Source: Eledone cirrhosa (lineage: Eukaryota). From it: a stretch of 64,000 nt of DNA. Both the position numbers and the translations under genes were made by a program. The notes below the pieces were generated by a model, which saw nothing but the letters and a program-made list of their open reading frames with translations, had not been told where the DNA came from and did no database searches. Each line of letters begins with the position of its first letter. The stretch's first letter is position 1. Positions 1 to 12,969 of this stretch are shown in pieces. Where the stretch lies: the NCBI GenBank assembly GCA_964016885.1, contig OZ024747.1, forward strand, positions 17,236,001 to 17,300,000, in the 5' to 3' direction.

Positions 1-3
1 GTG

Positions 4-62
<59 letters not shown>

Positions 63-105
63 AGTAAGTATGTTTTGAAACAGTGAGCGAGTTTGAAATT
101 AGAAA

Positions 106-303
106 ATATATAGCTTTCACCGTATTTTTAACTAAAGGAATTTTAGCTTGATAACGGGGTTTAGAACCCTCAGATAAATGGAAAAAGATGAGTATTGACG
201 TACATGTACGTCAATACTCATCTTTTTCCATTTATCTGAGGGTTCTAAACCCTGTTATCAAGCTAAAATTCCTTTAGTTAAAAATACGGTGAAAGCTATA
301 TAT
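106..303. repeat. Near-perfect 198 bp palindrome with no spacer
   Basis: Centre ACAT|GT at 204/205. The arms pair over 99 bp with one visible mismatch (ataacggggtt vs aaccctgttat). Confidence 0.95.
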
Positions 304-309
304 ATATAT

Positions 310-490
310 AACGAAGGAAATGTGGTAAGGAACCAGATGGACCATAACGCAGCAAAGTACTCAATACTTAGGGTAGTAGAGTGGGTGATAGGAACGAGTA
401 GGACCCCGACGGCTAATTCTGGACTAAAATGTCCAGAATTAGCCGTGGAAACGGCTTGAGCTCAGCCGTCGGGGTCCTACTCGTTCCTAT
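310..490. mobile_element. ~180 bp TA-embedded hairpin element, copy 1 (probably PLE-derived)
   Basis: Shares tgtggtaaggaaccagatggaccataacgcac..agtactcaatacttagggtag with 7 other loci. Ends in a hairpin taggaacgagtaggacccc/ggggtcctactcgttccta and is flanked by (TA)n. Confidence 0.85.
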
Positions 491-631
491 ATATATATAT
501 ATATATATATGTGTGGGGGGGGTATATGTATATATGTGTGTGTGTGTGTGTGGGTATATGTATGTGTATATATATATATATATATGAATGTGTATATATG
601 TATCTATATATATGTATGTATATATTTATGA

Positions 632-723
<92 letters not shown>

Positions 724-725
724 TG

Positions 726-1500
<775 letters not shown>

Positions 1501-1604
1501 TTCATTGAGCCACAACGTGAAAAGTTGCCAAAACACACATGACTTTGTTTAATTGGTGTATGTGTAAATATTTATATATATATGTATATATATATATGTA
1601 TATG

Positions 1605-1731
<127 letters not shown>

Positions 1732-2173
1732 GTGTGTACATCTACGTATGTATGCCTTTATGTGCACATATGTGTGCATATATATATGTATATATATGCA
1801 TATATGTTACTATATATATATATATAATACATATATATATATATGTAATATGTATAATAGGACTTTGAGTATCCCATACACCTTGACTTTGCATGTGGTA
1901 TCTGCACCAGAATGTGCCTCTCTAACTAGACATAAGCAGGTGGGGGACATAACAGCACATTGTGTGGTATGGCATGTAATCTACTTCCTGGTTTGATGAG
2001 GCATCGAAATCGGAATAAGCAACTACAGCATCAATAACGTCATTATGTCCTTTTCTTGTGACCTTTTGTCCATTTGTCCTTATATGTCCTTTTGTCTCTA
2101 TGTACTTTTTTTCTGTCTAAGAACTGGTTGTACTCGGATATGAGTAGGCTTTCCACTATATGTATATATATAT

Positions 2174-2318
2174 AACGAAGCAAGTGTGGTAAGGAACCAG
2201 GTGGACCATAACGCACCAGAGTACTCAATACTTAGGGTAGTAGAGTGGGAAATAGGAAAAAGTATGACCCCGTCGAAACGGCTTCAGCTCTGCCGCCGGG
2301 GTCTGGAAAATGTTCCTA
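2174..2318. mobile_element. TA-embedded hairpin element, copy 2
   Basis: Same conserved body as 310-490, with a shorter terminal hairpin. Confidence 0.85.
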
Positions 2319-2376
2319 TATATATACACATACACCATGGTATATATATATATATATATATATACACATTCACCAT

Positions 2377-2434
<58 letters not shown>

Positions 2435-2692
2435 ATGGTGTTTTTGTTGTTGGGGTCTTGTTTTTTGAAAACTACTGTAATTTCAATTATACGTTATCTC
2501 TTTAAAATATGATTTTAGAGGTCCTTACATTTCGGGATAAAATACTTTCCTCAAAAGAGTAACACAAGAAACTATGTTCAGATCTGAACTAGTTTCTTTT
2601 ATTAATGTTTTGATGGGGTGATTTTTATCCAGGGAATATAAGACTTAATAAAGAACTGCGGCCTAACAAAATAACACCACCATTATATTTAT

Positions 2693-2763
<71 letters not shown>

Positions 2764-2788
2764 CACACATGCATGTAAATATGTATAA

Positions 2789-2850
<62 letters not shown>

Positions 2851-2871
2851 GCATATGTGTGTGTGTCAGAT

Positions 2872-3002
2872 AGGGTGTGGTAAAAAAAACAGGTGGACCA
2901 TAATCCAGAGTACTCGATATTTGGGGTAGCAGAATGGGTAATATGTAAAGATTCACGACTGAGCTCTGGCCATTTCGACACCTAGATCCGAACTAAAGTG
3001 CC

Positions 3003-3004
<2 letters not shown>
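2872..3004. mobile_element. TA-associated hairpin element, diverged copy 3
   Basis: ggtgtggtaa..ggtggaccataatccagagtactcgatatttggggtagcagaatgggtaat matches the family body. There is no terminal inversion. Confidence 0.7.
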
Positions 3005-3049
<45 letters not shown>

Positions 3050-3710
3050 TGGCATATATATAATAAATACAATATCGGAGAAAGCTTTTTAGCGATACTC
3101 CGGCCAAATTCCAACTCACTCAACAAACATTAGCAAATAAGTGATTATATTCCCAATTATGCGTTCGGGGTGCTAACTAAAAGTATTGCGTGGAAAATTG
3201 GCTGTATTATTTCATATGAGACATATCGAATATATCTCTTCCCAGACGGACGTCTCGTTTCATTATAGGATTCCTACAATTTGGGTTAAATTATACCAAT
3301 TTATGTAAGAGCTTGTATACCATCAATAGATATATATTCAAGTGGGCTCCTATAATTCATCAGTGGGTGCCCCAATAATACTAATATTGATAATCTAACC
3401 AACATCAGTATTTACCGATAATCATCATCAGTGCCTGAGGTATCTGTTAGGTTGCTAGTCCAGCAGTTCTAAAGAAATGCTCAAACTGATTCAAAAATGA
3501 GGAAGTAAATTACCGCCAAAAAACAATACATGCGCATGACAATGAACTCTAAAAGGAATTCAGGCCACGTGCTAAGAACTCAATTGGAAATTGAAAAAAT
3601 ATCTATGTGTGCACAACATTTGATGACACACACAGATATTTTCTCGGGCAAAATATATATATATATATACGATATTAAATAAATGGAAACTATATTTATA
3701 AAACCATATT

Positions 3711-3776
3711 TATTTCATTATATATATTTCAGGGATATCATATTAACAATATGTTATGCCTTCCTCAGACAAAATA
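3711..3776 (-). ncRNA. Type I hammerhead ribozyme (left palindrome arm)
   Basis: Reverse complement of 3930-3995. Confidence 0.75.
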
Positions 3777-3929
3777 CAATATAGACAGTTTTATAGATGA
3801 ATAGATTTGACATACCGTTCAACATCGACTTGTATTTGAGAAAGTTGATCTGCCAAATCAACTTTCTCAAATACAAGTCGATGTTGAACGGTATGTCAAA
3901 TCTATTCATCTATCAAACTGTCTATATTG

Positions 3930-3995
3930 TATTTTGTCTGAGGAAGGCATAACATATTGTTAATATGATATCCCTGAAATATATATAATGAAATA
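3930..3995 (+). ncRNA. Type I hammerhead ribozyme with palindromic stem III
   Basis: tattttgt-CTGAGGA-agg..catatt gtt aatatg..cct-GAAA-tatata-TA-atgaaata. AUA cleavage site. Confidence 0.8.
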
Positions 3996-4259
3996 AATAT
4001 GGTTTTATAAATATAGTTTCCATTTATTTAATATCGTAAATATACTCCAAATACTTGTTGAGTGCTTTTATATCAGTTATAAATATTTACTAGTTGTAAC
4101 CCAACAATTTAAATATAACTTTCCATGTATATATATATATATATATATATCACCCTGACGGACCAGTCTGTCGGGCGCCATTCGGCGCCGCATGTCACAG
4201 CACGTGCTGTTTTAGCCATATGATGACGCCATCCCACTGGCTGGGCGGGCAGGCCGTAA

Positions 4260-4545
4260 GTCTAAAGTCTGTCTTAAGCCAGAAGGCTCATTTGGCCGGT
4301 GCTTATCCCGAGTTAATGGCGTGAAGTGACTGAGAGCATAAGACTCCCCCCTGGACAGGACGCCAGTCCATCGCAGGGTTAAACCGCCAGCTATTGCTGG
4401 TACTCATTTGTAACTGAGTAAACTGGAGCAACGTGAAATAAAGTGTCTTGCTCAAGGAAACAACACATCACCCGGTCCTAGAATTGAACTCACAACCTTT
4501 CGATTGCAAGCCTATTGCTCTAACCACTACGCTATGCGCCTTCAC
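4260..4545 (-). mobile_element. tRNA-derived CORE-type SINE (family B)
   Basis: Minus strand has a tRNA-like head (gcgtagtggttagagc A box, gagttcaattc B box), a CORE-like ccttgagcaagacacttt..ctcagttacaaatgagta segment and a ttagac tail. It matches 59805-60039. Confidence 0.85.
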
Positions 4546-4560
4546 ACACATATATATATA

Positions 4561-5454
4561 TAAGCTAAACGAGAAGCTTAATTACATTCACAAGGACTCA
4601 TGCTACCCTCCCACTGTTTTTAGAAACTTCGTTAAGAATATCAGTAGTAGATTCTCAAACCTCTCCTCTAATAAGGCTATCTTTGACAGGGCAGCACCCT
4701 ACTATAACACGGCGTTGGCTAACAGCGGATTCTCACAACCTATCACTTACTCTCCCACTAGCAACAACACCATTAAGAAAAGTAAGCGCAACAATAGACA
4801 AACTATCTGGTTCTCTCCTCCCTTCTCAGTCAACGTTAAAACCAATGTAGGAAACAAATATCTAGCCTTCTTAGATAGACACTTCCACATAGGTCATAAA
4901 TACCGCTCCATATTTAACCGACGCAAAGTTAAACTAGGATACTCCTGCGCTAAGAACATGAAGGCCCACATCACCAGCAGCCCTAGGAGCAACACCCCAC
5001 CAGGGTGCTCTTGCCGTAAGCCCGAAGCTTGCCCCCTTCAACAGCAATGCAACACACCAGCTGTAATCTATGAAGCTGTGGTCACTTCCAACCGTCAAAC
5101 GAACCACAGGAGGTCAAATCCTATGTGGGCATGGCGGAGGGCCGATTCAAGGAGCGTTTCCTGAACCACCAGTCTACCTTCAGATACCCGGACGGACGTA
5201 CATCCACGAGACTCTCGAGCCACGTATCGTCCCTCAAGGACTCAAGTATAGGCTACTCCATTCAATGGAAAGCCATCACTAAGTCCAAGCCATACGCAAG
5301 GGGAAATCCGACGTGTGGCTTATGTATTGACGAACGAATAACTATCCTAAAGAGTTTACGCAATAGTGATTGCCTAAACACGAGAAGTGAATTTTTCACA
5401 CGTTGTCTACACGTAACCAAACATCTATTGCCTAACTACAAGGCTCCGGACTGA
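4561..5454 (+). pseudogene. Penelope-like element ORF, 5'-truncated and frameshifted (RT thumb, Cys linker, GIY-YIG endonuclease)
   Basis: YIHKDSCYPP, WFSPPFSVNVKTNVG, CSCRKPEACPLQQQC, VIYEAVV..YVGMAEGRFKERFLNHQSTF, CGLC, RSEFFTRCLH. Frameshift near 5100. Confidence 0.9.
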
Positions 5455-5639
5455 TTCTTTGTAATTTTATTTTTAATTTTATTTTTATTTTATTTTCAAC
5501 CTAAACACTTTCCGGACTTTCGCAGTTATCTCCCTTACACCTCTCGCACGCAGTCTAGTATTGCCTGTGTGAAGTTACCGAGTTTCTGCGCATGCGCGTT
5601 CGTACGGTTGTCCTTCCTGTTCCTATAACCATACACATC

Positions 5640-5679
5640 CCGAGCTGAAGATCTGCTAAGGTGAAACAATTGTTCTCGG
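5640..5679 (+). ncRNA. Type I hammerhead ribozyme in the PLE 3' pseudo-LTR
   Basis: ccgag-CTGAAGA-tctgctaaggt-GAAAC-aatt-GTT-ctcgg. Stem I is perfect, stem III is the palindrome acaattgt, and stem II is weak. Confidence 0.75.
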
Positions 5680-5710
5680 TATGGTGAACTAACTGTTGTG
5701 TAACCACTTC

Positions 5711-5839
<129 letters not shown>

Positions 5840-7074
5840 CGCACAGACACACACACAAATATATATATGTGTGTGAGCGTGTGTGTGTGTGTATATATAA
5901 ATGTATATATATGTTCAACTAACTTGCTATTCCCCACTCCGATTTCATTCATATCGTAAGATTGTAAACAGACCTCCCACAAAGGGTATATGAAATAAAC
6001 ATTTATAATTGAAAAGCGAGTATATAGCAACATACAATGATTATTCAAGGAAATATTTCTGTAAATATTTGAAATATATTCATTGCGTAATTGTTTTCTC
6101 GTTCCAACTGGCGATTGTACAAAAAATTTAAGAAACATCAACAGCGAAACTTCAATGCATTTTCGCCAATGTGTGTTTCTTAACAGTATTGCGGGATTAT
6201 ATTACGCTACTGTTGACGAATGGCTAAGAAAATTGCATTACGTTCTACGTTCTATCAAACTGCATGGGATCATGAGCAACAGGTTTTTAACATAACCTCA
6301 GGTCGACTAGCCAAGTAAAATTGGTTAGTCAGAAATTGCCTGCAAGTTCATCGGATAAATGTACGTGTAATTCATTGACATGCTTCATTAGAGGATCCAT
6401 GTGCCTGTCGGATACTTATACTCTAATTTAACGACATAGTTGTTCTGTTCTTTGAGAAATTAAATCACTCCTCGTCGAAAGCGATAAAGGTCCATTCCTT
6501 CCTTCCTATATATTACTGTTAAGTGCGTAAATATAACTGGCTGAACTAATTTAGGCTTTTGTCATCGTGAGCTCTACATGCGACTGAGAAACTGGAAATA
6601 ATGCTCTGTAATGAAATGAAATTTACGATGAGGCAAAGTGAGACTAGATTGGAAAATAAGAGAATGTCAGTATCATTAAGTAGACCGCATACTAGCTTTC
6701 TGCTCGCAAGACGCTTGTCATACTACGTTTATGACAGAATCAAGCACTTACATAGAACTGTTTTGTTGGTTGTGTCGTCAGCGATCGCTCAACACTGATC
6801 TGGCAGAACTAGGGTTTAAATTGATCTTTTTAAATGAAAATTGATATGAATAAGATGGATATCTTTGTTATTTCTAACAGAGCAGGCAACCAAGCTGAAG
6901 ATTCTTCCTCGACTTGCTCACAAAGCAATGTTCATTACTACACCCATATATATATGTATGTATATATGTGTGTATGTATCATGTATATATGAAGTCTGCG
7001 GTGCTGAGACCAGGGAGGCCACTAATCATGGGAGTACTCAATATATTGGGAGACGCAGAGTGAATATAGAGATA

Positions 7075-7968
7075 TAAAAAATCCTGACCGCAGTGCCAAG
7101 CGGTTTTAACTTGTGTGTTCAGCAAGTCTTTCACTGGTGTAGTAATATTTACAGGGGGTGTAAAATACCTTATAAACTCCCCAGTATAACAATGTGTTTA
7201 TGCAGGGTTTAAAAATAGGTAAAATGGTCAATAGCGGTGGTTTGCGTGTGATAAAGTCTATGCAATATGCATATACATAATACAGAGATGTTATCACATG
7301 TTAACCACCATTATTATTGGCCGTATCGGTAGAGAGTCGGACGCCATGCTTTCCAGCATAGTTACGTCCCTTTACGGTCTGAGTTCAAATTCTGCCGAGA
7401 TTAACTTTGTCTTTCATCCTTACGGGGTCGATAAAATAAAGTACCAGTAATGTACTGGGTATTTGATGGCCTTGTGCCAAAAGTAGAAACAATTGTTGTC
7501 GATTTTACCTATTTTATTTAATCTTTTTGTATTATATTTTATTCACTCATCTACTTAGTAATTTAAATATCCATCTACTTATTTACTTCTGTATAACTCA
7601 CTTTTTAACTTATGCTTTTCTTAAAAATACTCATTCTACCTTTTAGCATTGTCTATACATAGTTTTGCTAATCACCTCCTGCATCGCCTATCCCTATGGC
7701 TATTATACCCCTTCTCTTCCTACTCTACCCCTAACCCTAGCCACACTGCCTCATTCTCCTGACCCCTTGACTGTCCAGATACACTTACCTTTATATGCTA
7801 GCCCCTATTTTCTCCATCAGCTCCGATTCCTACTATGAAAAATTCGAGCAAACCACTGCCAAGACTAGTGACTTATGACACACCCTGTAAATATTACCAT
7901 ACCATTGCAAAAGGCTTGCTGGACACCAAGCCGAAACCGCTTGACGACGCAGCTTGGATTTAAAATCT
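7075..7968. repeat. Old inverted pair (7075-7165 vs 7878-7968) with a degenerate HHR-like fold
   Basis: caccctgtaaatattac..ggcttgctggacaccaagccGAAACcgctt at 7880-7942 is the diverged reverse complement of 7095-7160. Confidence 0.5.
7325..7492 (+). mobile_element. tRNA-derived SINE (family A)
   Basis: tcggtagagagtcgg, B box gagttcaaattc, core tttcatccttacggggtcgataaaataaagtaccag. Multi-copy in this window. Confidence 0.85.
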
Positions 7969-9035
7969 CTCTCTCTCTATATGTATGTATGTATGTAAAT
8001 ATATATACATATATATATATGGGGAGGGTTGTGTGTGTGTGTGTGTGTGTGTATGTGTGTGTGTGTGTGTGTATGTGTGTGTGTGTGTGTGTGTGTGTCC
8101 TTGCCAGACATATATGTTTGTATTTCTTCCGGTTATTGTACGATTGTACTGATTATTTTTATATTTTACTGTAGAGTATATATTCATTTATGTCTGTGTT
8201 TATCTATGTATTTGTGAGACTGTGTTTATATTTATCCTTGTCTCTATGTGTTTACGCGTCTATGTTTTTCTATCTGTGCCTGTTCTTGCCTTGTGTATAT
8301 AATACATTCAAATAGCTATTCGTCAAAGACAATAGATGCTCAAAGAAATAGGTTTGGGAATAGATATCTTCGACAAAATTCTCCAATGTTGTGCTCCAGC
8401 ACGGATGTAACGAATTACTGTAAACGATAAACGAGCAAAAGCATATTATCACTTAAACCGTATCATAAATGTGAGTAAAGTCGTGTTACTCTATCATTCT
8501 GTAACAATGTTGTTTGTTCTATGAGAAAGTTCCGGGTAGGGAAATACGGCTTTGATCCAGTAGAATATCTATTTTCTTTGTAATTTTCGGTTACCAATGA
8601 CTCACAAAGCAATGGGACTGCCACATTATGTACGATGGCCCTATCGTATGATCTGCAAAGAGATTTTAAACCTCACGTTAAATCAGAAAAAAAGGGATGA
8701 TTTTAAACTCAGTCAAGTAATAGATAAATATACTTGTACACAAATGCATGCACGACTTTTTCGTTAAGCACAATCCTTCTGAATAATGTGGCTTCGTTTA
8801 GATCACTCTGATTCATATATTGGGTAAGCTCATGTGTCGTAAAAAAAACATTGGTACGTACATGGAAACAATGCAGATGCAGGCTTTCACCATTTGTTTT
8901 CAACTTATTGTCCCACTCATGTGTTATTTTTATTTTTATTTTTTCCCCTTTATTTTAATTTGTTTTCCTTTTATTTTAATGTTTTTCCACCACTCTTCCC
9001 TCACACCCTCTCGGAACTCCTCTCCTTCCAACGAT

Positions 9036-9072
9036 TCTCCTGATGAAGGGCTTATGCCTGAAACGTTGTCCC
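9036..9072 (+). ncRNA. Degenerate hammerhead-like motif
   Basis: CTGATGA-agggc ttat gcct-GAAAC-gtt-GTC. The core is present but stem I does not pair. Confidence 0.4.
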
Positions 9073-9156
9073 ACCCCCCACACTTAAACGTGAACCTAAT
9101 ACCTAACACCTTTCGTAATTGTACTCCTTGTTGATATTATTTACTTTTCCAATATA

Positions 9157-9233
<77 letters not shown>

Positions 9234-9257
9234 CACATATATACACATATATATATA

Positions 9258-9321
<64 letters not shown>

Positions 9322-9744
9322 AAGATAATTTTGTGTAGCGTCGGTGGAAGTTCAGCAAGTTGAGGAAGAAGAAAATAGATTATATGGACGCAGTACGACA
9401 GCAATTATCTATTTATTTAGATATGTACATACATATATATGAAATAACTTATAGTTCTTTACGGGGAGTGGGTGGTTGCAGGAAGACTAGAGTTTATCTG
9501 TCGTGTGTACTAACTGGTTTCCGATACTGGGGGCTTTTTGAAGTATAATTTTTCAGGTTACAGTTTTGTTGCAGTTGTGCAAATAGTAATTTGTAAAAAA
9601 ATACCCCCATTTCACTACATGTGTATGTGTGTGTGTGCACGCGCGCGTGTGGGTATGGGTGTTCGTGCGGGTATGTGTATTTATCTGTGCGTGCTTATAT
9701 ATGTGTATGTAGGACTTTGCCGTACATATTGAACCACAGCACAT

Positions 9745-9779
9745 ATATGTAGAGAGAGATAGAGAGATAGAGACAGAGA

Positions 9780-9837
<58 letters not shown>

Positions 9838-9885
9838 AAGAGAGAGAAAGAGTGAGAGGGAAAGAGAGAGAGAGAAAGAGTGAGA

Positions 9886-9921
<36 letters not shown>

Positions 9922-9960
9922 GAAAGAGAGAGCGAGAAAGAGAAAATAAGATGAGAGAGA
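9745..9960. repeat. (GA)n microsatellite and purine-rich repeat
   Basis: Direct inspection. Confidence 0.95.
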
Positions 9961-10276
9961 TGGTCTGCTGAAAAGATAACACTGATTTTACAGGCCAACT
10001 CTGAATCAAATATTTTCTCTAATTATGATGCAATCCGCTCCTGATGATGTCGCCAGGAACTTCCGTAACGACGCCATTGAAGTAAATATAGCATTTTTTT
10101 TTTTTTTTTCAAAAATTAAAATTTTAAAGTGATATCACCAGTCCAGCCTCCTTTTATTATAATCAAATTAACATTTAAATCCGTTCCTTCACCAGCCACA
10201 GCATTCAACATGAACGTCGAGTGCTTTTCGTAATATTACACCATGGCTAACTAAACATTGGTGAACTACAGAACGC

Positions 10277-10305
<29 letters not shown>

Positions 10306-10307
<2 letters not shown>

Positions 10308-10460
10308 ACGAAGGAACCAGATGGACCATAACGCACCAAAGTACCCAATACTTAGGGTAGTTGGGTGGGTAATAGGAACGAGTAGAACCCCGACGGCTGA
10401 GCTCACCAGAATTAGCGGTCGAAACGGCTTGAGCTCAGCCGTCGGGGTCCTACTCGCTCC

Positions 10461-10463
<3 letters not shown>
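10306..10463. mobile_element. TA-embedded hairpin element, copy 4
   Basis: Family body plus hairpin taggaacgagtagaaccccgacggctgagctca/tgagctcagccgtcggggtcctactcgctccta. Confidence 0.85.
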
Positions 10464-10553
<90 letters not shown>

Positions 10554-11313
10554 ATCAATTTTAATATTCATACATTTCTGTATGTGTGTATATTTAATGA
10601 CATATGTATACATAATTTCTTGACAGGTGGCTCCTGAATGCCACTGTTAACATACGGCACGATACAACATTGCCCGTGATCAGGTCGTAGGTGACTGCAA
10701 CGGCAAGCCCATCAAACTTGCTTTATAAAACACAAGTGTCAAATGACAGCCTATTCGATATTCCTTTGGGAAATAGATATTTGGTCATTTCTTCACCACC
10801 TCTCTCACAACAGTGTTGTCAAACGGGCAGGTAACCACAGCAACCTACAGATATATATATCTAACTTCCGACAATATCAATATCTGTCTACCTATATATC
10901 TATCTGTCCGTCTACATATCTTCCTTGATATCTGTATATCTGATTACCTATCTGCCCACTCCTGTATTGTTTTCTCTACCTATCTATCTACAGACGTAAT
11001 TACATATTCTTTTCTCTATACATCTAATTGTATAATTATCCTTCTACATATCTATCTACCTATCTAAATTTCTGTGTGGCTGATTTTGCTTTTCTGAGTT
11101 TTTGTCAATAAATAACTATTTATGTATAACAACCAAAATATCTAACTTCGGACAGGAAAAACAATTACATATATACTCCTGGTGCTTTCATGAGAATGAA
11201 ACAGTTCTAGTCCGGTAGAAGTCATTTCTATATTAAATAATGATGTTTACACTCTACTAATGTATTAAGTATTAAGTACCTTATTAATTGTGGCTGACCC
11301 TGATTTAACTAGG

Positions 11314-11441
<128 letters not shown>

Positions 11442-11619
11442 GATTGATAGGTAGATAGGTCGATCGATAGATATGTCGATAGACAGAATATATGATTACA
11501 GAAAATACGGAAGTATTTTATTTAAATTAAAGTAAAATGTCTAGCGTGAGATTTTAGCATTTTAATAGAATTTTGTAGACTTCTTTGCTGTAAACGGGTA
11601 TTATGCTAGTACGTATATA

Positions 11620-11661
<42 letters not shown>

Positions 11662-11859
11662 TACATGCATACATGCGATCATACACGTGTTTAAATATAT
11701 CATTTGGGATATATAATGTAGAGAAGCGTACTCAATACGTACTATAAGTAGACCTCTGCAATACCTGAAGTTTCCTGATCAGTATAATCACTCAGGACTC
11801 AGGTTACATCATAAGAGAAAACCCGATTAGCGACAGAGGACAATACTGCTTTTTCTAAG

Positions 11860-11921
<62 letters not shown>

Positions 11922-12008
11922 TCTCTCTCGCTCTCTCTTTTTATTTCCCTCTCTCTAGCTCTCACTCTGCTTCTTTATCTCTCTCTCTAGCTATCACTCT
12001 CCATCTGC

Positions 12009-12039
<31 letters not shown>

Positions 12040-12702
12040 GCACGTGCACACACACACATACACATAACTATCGATACATAAATATATAACGATAATCCTG
12101 GATTTTGCATTAAAATATTTTACACGAATAAAAAAACTTCTTTATGAGCATTTTGTAAATAAAACTATTTAATGTTACACGTAGTTCAACATTTCCGCAT
12201 TTAGCAAAATAAAAACATGTTATGTAGGAAATATATATAATACACGAAGAAAACTCGTATCGGAAACATTTGATTTATTAACCAATTCCACGAAGAAGAA
12301 TATTATTCGATTCTGCTCTAGAGATAGTCATCTGCAAATACTTGCAGTGGAAAATACATTGCATTCGTTGCAATTATCTTAATCGTCCGTATAGTATAAT
12401 GCGAACTCGCTGCTACATGACAACTAGATACTCGATAAGTATATAATTGTTTAATATCACTGGTCTTTATAGGGCAAATTTGAACTGATCTAAATTATGA
12501 GAGTGCATAAACAACAAACGTTAAATGCTTGTATATGCATATAATTAATATTGTACCGGTATTTGAATACGAACTAACAACTCTTGGTGGTAAACTGACA
12601 CCCTATCAACTGCCTGATCTACCACTCTCTGTTGAATATAATACTGTGAAATAGTTGCGAAAAAAAAAAATAACAACATTGAAGTTAAATTAATTGTCCT
12701 AC

Positions 12703-12969
12703 CTTTTCTTTCGTAGTGGCGATATAAACACTCGATATCTTTTTCGACTTCCGTTTGAGTAGTTTAGGGTATTGTGGTCCATTGCAATCGTAATTCCGTG
12801 TGGGGCAACGTGTGGTTGAGACGGAGACAAGAGGAACATCCGGGGGGGAAGGGTGGGATTCTTCAGAATTCCGCGATTTATTGTCCATTGACATAAAGCT
12901 GTAGGCAACACTCGTCATGTTGGGGGAAGCGTCACCGACATTGGGGTCTGCTTGCGCTGTTACACGCAT
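12703..12969 (-). CDS. Candidate host-gene coding exon, product unknown
   Basis: Non-repetitive, locally GC-enriched open frame (MRVTAQADPNVGDASPNMTSVAYSF...KKISSVYIATTKEK) ending at a splice-donor-like AAG|GTAGGA at 12703/12702. No recognisable domain. Confidence 0.4.

Larger units (their letters stand above)
3668..4126. mobile_element. HHR-bearing ~270 bp element with palindromic duplication
   Basis: Arms 3668-3849 and 3857-4038 are separated by the 7 nt loop ctgccaa, with one mismatch. The unit 3857-4126 recurs at 39070-39338. Confidence 0.85.

Noticed and set aside
4470-4545. tRNA-like sequences here and at 54020, 59572 and 60558
   Set aside because: These are SINE heads with A/B boxes but no complete cloverleaf.
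4448-4560. N-terminal part of the 238 aa ORF
   Set aside because: Read-through from the antisense SINE and a TA run. PLE homology starts at about 4561.
8607-8653. Possible 47 nt minus-strand exon (tctctttgcag acceptor, GTGAGT donor)
   Set aside because: Phase-0 joining to the 12703 exon gives an immediate stop, and there is no other support.
10040-10085. CTGATGA hammerhead box
   Set aside because: No downstream GAAA/NUH with pairing stems.
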